In this document: in pieces, positions 60,460-64,000 of the stretch | Layout: each line of letters opens with the position of its first letter | Position numbering within the stretch: position 1 is the first letter of the stretch | DNA from: Candidatus Cloacimonadales bacterium | Lineage (GTDB): Bacteria; Cloacimonadota; Cloacimonadia; Cloacimonadales; JAIOQZ01 | NCBI GenBank assembly: GCA_963674825.1 | Contig: OY771587.1 | Location: 3,296,001 to 3,360,000, forward strand | DNA: 64,000 nucleotides | Reading direction: 5' to 3' | Notes under the pieces: model-generated | What the model was told of the DNA's origin: nothing | Seen by the model: only the letters and a program-made list of their open reading frames with translations | The model's database searches: none | Program-made: the position numbers and the translations under genes

Positions 60460-62178
60460 ATGATCGTCATGGATAAGAATCAGTATCAACGAGGAATGCT
60501 TCATCAAAGGCCCTTCGATTTCATTGGTCAGGGATCTTTAGGTGGCAAGGCACAGGGTCTTGTCGATATCCAGCAGGTTTTGCAAGAATCTACGGATTCG
60601 CCGATGACAGTCTCAATACCGCACATGACCGTCATCCGCACTGACATCTTCGATGCTTTTATGACGCAGAATAACCTCTGGGAAAAAGCGCTCCGGGAAA
60701 CGGACGACCAGCAGATTGCGTACTTATTCCAGAAGGCTTCACTACCGGCAACCGTCGTAGGAGACCTGCGGGACATCATCGCTCGATATTGTTATCCCCT
60801 GGCTGTGCGCTCTTCGAGCCTGCTTGAGGATTCATGTAAAGAGCCATTTGCCGGCGTTTACGCCACGAAGATGATTCCGAATAATCAGCTCAAGGTAGAG
60901 CAGCGTTTCCAGAAGATGGTGGAGGCGATTAAGTTCGTCTGGTCGTCGATGTTCTTCGCTGAATCAAAGGGGTATTTCCAGGCTGCGGGAAGAGATATCC
61001 GCGACGAAAAGATGGCTGTTATCATTCAGGAAGTTGTTGGAAATCGTTACGGCGATCGTTATTACCCGATTCTCTCAGGGGTAGCCAGATCGTTCAATTT
61101 TTACCCGACCGGAAATGCCAACCCCGAAGACGGAGTGGTCAATCTGGCGCTTGGACTTGGAAAAACCATCGTGGATGGAGGCGTGTCCTGGCATTACTCC
61201 CCTCGATATCCCGCCGCGCCTCCGCCATTTAATGGGATGCGGGATCTTCTGAACCTTACCCAAACACGTTTCTTTGCAATCAATATGGGGAATATCCCAG
61301 AGTTCAACCCCATTCAGGAGGCGGAATTCCTGAGCCGGCACAGCCTCAAGGAGAGCGAGGAAGACGGTACGCTCAAACATCTCTGCTCATCCTGGGATTA
61401 TCAAAACGACCGTATCGTGACCGGGCTCTACGGTCAAGGCGCGCGGGTCCTCAACTTCGCTCCGATCCTGCAGGCTCGCATGCTACCGCTCAACGACGCG
61501 CTGGTTAATCTCTTGAAACTCTGTGAAAAGCATTACAAGACGCATGTTGAGATCGAATTCGCAATGATGTACGATCATGAAACTCAACGAATCCCACATA
61601 TCGGATTTTTACAGGTTCGTCCGATGAATGTATCGCATGCGTTTGTCGAGATCGATCCCTCAATAGTCCAGGAAGATTGCGTGCTGACACTCTCCGACTC
61701 CATGGGCAATGGCACGCGCGAGGATATTCAAGATATCGTTTACCTCAAGCCGGATAGCTTCGATCCTGCAAAAACAAGGCAGATGGCGCAGGAGATTGAG
61801 CAAATCAACGAGCAGATGGTCGCACAGCACAAACCATATCTGCTGATTGGATTCGGTAGATGGGGATCTTCAGATTCATGGCTGGGGATACCGGTTACGT
61901 GGCGGCAGATATCCGGCGCTCGTTGCATCGTCGAATCGACGCTGCCCAATATGCAGCCGGAGCTGAGCCAGGGCTCTCATTTCTTCCATAACATGATCGC
62001 GTTTGGCGTACTCTATTTCACTGCTCGCGACAACGATCGAAAAAGTATTGACTGGCAGTGGATCGAGAAGCAACATGAAATCGAACAGACACAATTTTGC
62101 CGTCATGTTCATCTGGAGAAACCATTGCGAATCTTTGCGGATGGTAAAAGGAAAAGAGGGGTAATCACAAAATGGTAA
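60460..62178 (+). CDS. PEP synthase/PPDK N-terminal (ATP-grasp) domain protein of unknown function
   Basis: LGGKAQGL, AVRSSSLLED, FAGVY, MAVIIQEVVG, GLGKT.VDG, EIEFA, LQVRP; C-terminal GRWGS and SQGSHFF; no pyruvate-binding barrel. Confidence 0.85.
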   Translation: MIVMDKNQYQRGMLHQRPFDFIGQGSLGGKAQGLVDIQQVLQESTDSPMTVSIPHMTVIRTDIFDAFMTQNNLWEKALRETDDQQIAYLFQKASLPATVVGDLRDIIARYCYPLAVRSSSLLEDSCKEPFAGVYATKMIPNNQLKVEQRFQKMVEAIKFVWSSMFFAESKGYFQAAGRDIRDEKMAVIIQEVVGNRYGDRYYPILSGVARSFNFYPTGNANPEDGVVNLALGLGKTIVDGGVSWHYSPRYPAAPPPFNGMRDLLNLTQTRFFAINMGNIPEFNPIQEAEFLSRHSLKESEEDGTLKHLCSSWDYQNDRIVTGLYGQGARVLNFAPILQARMLPLNDALVNLLKLCEKHYKTHVEIEFAMMYDHETQRIPHIGFLQVRPMNVSHAFVEIDPSIVQEDCVLTLSDSMGNGTREDIQDIVYLKPDSFDPAKTRQMAQEIEQINEQMVAQHKPYLLIGFGRWGSSDSWLGIPVTWRQISGARCIVESTLPNMQPELSQGSHFFHNMIAFGVLYFTARDNDRKSIDWQWIEKQHEIEQTQFCRHVHLEKPLRIFADGKRKRGVITKW

Positions 62179-64000
62179 ATCTCGATAACAACCTGAAAAA
62201 CCTGATGGATGACCTCAATGAACGGGCTAAAGAGCTGAACTGCCTCTATCGTGTCGATGGTATTCTGGGAAAGGCGCAGGATTCGATCGAGAACAAGATG
62301 TTGCAGATAGTCGATCTGATACCCGAAGGATGGCAACACTGCGATCTTTGTTCTGCAAGAATCGAACTGAATGAATTTGCCTGTCAGACTGACAATTATC
62401 GGGAAACTCCCTGGTTCCAGCAGAAAGAAATCGTGGTGAACAATCAAGCCGTCGGCTCTGTTCGCGTAACATATTCAGAAGACAAACCTTTCCTCAGAGA
62501 AGAAGACAAGCTGCTTCAAACGATTGCCGATAAAGTCGCAGCGTTTCTGGATCGTGACGAACTCAAACGCTCCGTTCAGCAATGGCAGCGATTAAAAAGC
62601 TCTCTGGAAAATTCCGCGGACCGTTCTGACTGGAAGGTTATCGTCGATTTGTTGTACAAAACCGACATTGAAGCCTATTTGCGCACTGCACGAAAGATGA
62701 TGAACTATCTCTTTTGGATTGGCAACGAAAAGGCAATGTCGCTACTGGCAAAGATCAATATAGAAAAACTCGACGATAAACTTTTTGCGAATAAACCCTC
62801 AGACCGTACAGACAAGAACAGTCTCCTTGAAGGTTATCGAGAAGTGTTCGAGACAGCCGATTCTTTCCTTTCAAACGACGAGATCCTTGCCTGCCTGCAT
62901 AAGTGGATGCAGGAGGATCGTATCAACTTCTTTGTGCTGGCTCTGGAGGATTTGGCTACATCTTTGACGGACATTCAAAACGCGTTGGCGCGGTTTTTCA
63001 CACTGGGGTTAGACAAGATCGAACTTTCCGAGTACACGCGCAAGAACATCAACGTGCTGCTGGTTCTCCGATTCTTCACCGACCAACTGGAATTCATCAA
63101 TATCGCCAAAAATTTTGTCCAGTTAACTGCTTTCCAGGATCTGGTTCAGCACATGATTTTCCCAAACAACAGTCACGGGAAGCTGGGCGGGAAAAGCGCC
63201 GGCATCTTCCTTGCTCAGAATATCATGAAATCCGAGATCGACAACAGCATGCACGGAATCGAGATCAAGTACCCCAAAACCTGGTATATCACCTCTGATA
63301 CGATGCATCGCTTCCTGCACTACAACAATCTCAAGGAAATCATCGAACAGAAGTACAAGGATATCGAACAAATCCGCGAAGAATACGGTAATGTCATCCA
63401 GATGTTCAAGAACAGCCAGTTTCCCCCGGAGATAACCAAAGAACTCTCCCGCGCGCTGGATGATTTTGGTCATCGTCCCATTATCGTGCGTAGCTCATCT
63501 TTGCTCGAAGACCGGGTAGGGGCGGCCTTCTCAGGGAAATACAAGAGTCTGTTTCTGGCAAATCAGGGAACCAGAGCACAACGTTTGACAGCATTGATGG
63601 ATGCTATCGCAGAGGTCTATGCTTCAACCTTCGGGCCAGATCCAATCGTCTATCGCAAGGAGCGTGGACTACTCGATTTCCACGAGGAGATGGCGATCAT
63701 TATTCAGGAGGTAGTCGGAACCCGTGCAGGCAAGTATTTCTTCCCGGCGTTTGCCGGCGTGGCGTTCAGCAATAACGAATTCCGATGGTCACCTCGTATT
63801 AAACGCGATGATGGCTTGATTCGGTTGGTTCCTGGTCTCGGTACGCGTGCGGTCGATCGCTTGAGCGATGATTACCCGATTCTTGTCGCACCGGGACGCC
63901 CCGATCTGCGCGTGAACGCAACCAATGACGAAATTTTGCGATATTCCCCGAAGATGATCGATCTGATCAATCTGGAGGAAAACACATTCGAGACGATTTC
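62172..64000 (+). CDS. Second PEP synthase/PPDK N-terminal domain protein with N-terminal GAF-like sensor (runs off window)
   Basis: Not in the ORF track. Manual translation from ATG 62172 gives MVNLDNNLKNLMDDLNERAKELNCLY...IPEGWQH...GKLGGKSAG...IVRSSSLLED...AFSGKYKS...MAIIIQEVVG...GLGTRAVD, with no stop noticed before the window end. Confidence 0.88.
   Translation, partial: MVNLDNNLKNLMDDLNERAKELNCLYRVDGILGKAQDSIENKMLQIVDLIPEGWQHCDLCSARIELNEFACQTDNYRETPWFQQKEIVVNNQAVGSVRVTYSEDKPFLREEDKLLQTIADKVAAFLDRDELKRSVQQWQRLKSSLENSADRSDWKVIVDLLYKTDIEAYLRTARKMMNYLFWIGNEKAMSLLAKINIEKLDDKLFANKPSDRTDKNSLLEGYREVFETADSFLSNDEILACLHKWMQEDRINFFVLALEDLATSLTDIQNALARFFTLGLDKIELSEYTRKNINVLLVLRFFTDQLEFINIAKNFVQLTAFQDLVQHMIFPNNSHGKLGGKSAGIFLAQNIMKSEIDNSMHGIEIKYPKTWYITSDTMHRFLHYNNLKEIIEQKYKDIEQIREEYGNVIQMFKNSQFPPEITKELSRALDDFGHRPIIVRSSSLLEDRVGAAFSGKYKSLFLANQGTRAQRLTALMDAIAEVYASTFGPDPIVYRKERGLLDFHEEMAIIIQEVVGTRAGKYFFPAFAGVAFSNNEFRWSPRIKRDDGLIRLVPGLGTRAVDRLSDDYPILVAPGRPDLRVNATNDEILRYSPKMIDLINLEENTFETI

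Noticed and set aside
60460..62178. Annotation as ppsA or ppdK
   Set aside because: Too short and lacks the pyruvate-binding barrel and the canonical GG.TSHAA motif, so the gene symbol is withheld
62109..63473. Several short ORF-track ORFs near the right end
   Set aside because: Shadow frames of the long PPDK_N-domain ORF starting at 62172

Overview
Bacterial DNA read with the standard genetic code. The rplM-rpsI-rpsB-tsf gene order and the style of the giant secreted proteins suggest the FCB group, most likely Cloacimonadota (inference). Region 1-18.8 kb is housekeeping: tsf (partial), rpsB, rpsI, rplM, a TonB-C-like lipoprotein, an RsbW-like protein, a TPR diguanylate cyclase, an RfbB-like dehydratase, an MltD-like LysM transglycosylase, rimI, nadB, tmk, two S41 proteases, a SWIM-SNF2 ATPase, YjbQ and tRNA-Pro(GGG). 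A ~37 kb accessory region follows the tRNA. It holds an orphan RHS toxin/immunity cassette with a degraded duplicate, and four giant secreted multidomain proteins (2464, 1331, 3238 and ~1500 aa; the last is split by an in-frame TGA at a conserved Trp) that all end in a related ~80-aa C-terminal domain. It also holds a TPR-fused sigma54 activator, a TPR histidine kinase/NtrC pair and a complete IS256-like element with an 8-bp target duplication. Several sigma54 promoters, each with a reproducibly spaced upstream palindrome, can be read directly from the sequence. The window ends with a second sigma54 two-component system next to gdh and two tandem PEP-synthase-N-terminal (ATP-grasp) proteins that lack recognisable pyruvate-binding domains; one shares a sensor domain with the kinase. 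This last locus and the sigma54-controlled giant-protein island are the best candidates for undescribed systems. No CRISPR array, rRNA, integrase or reverse transcriptase was seen.
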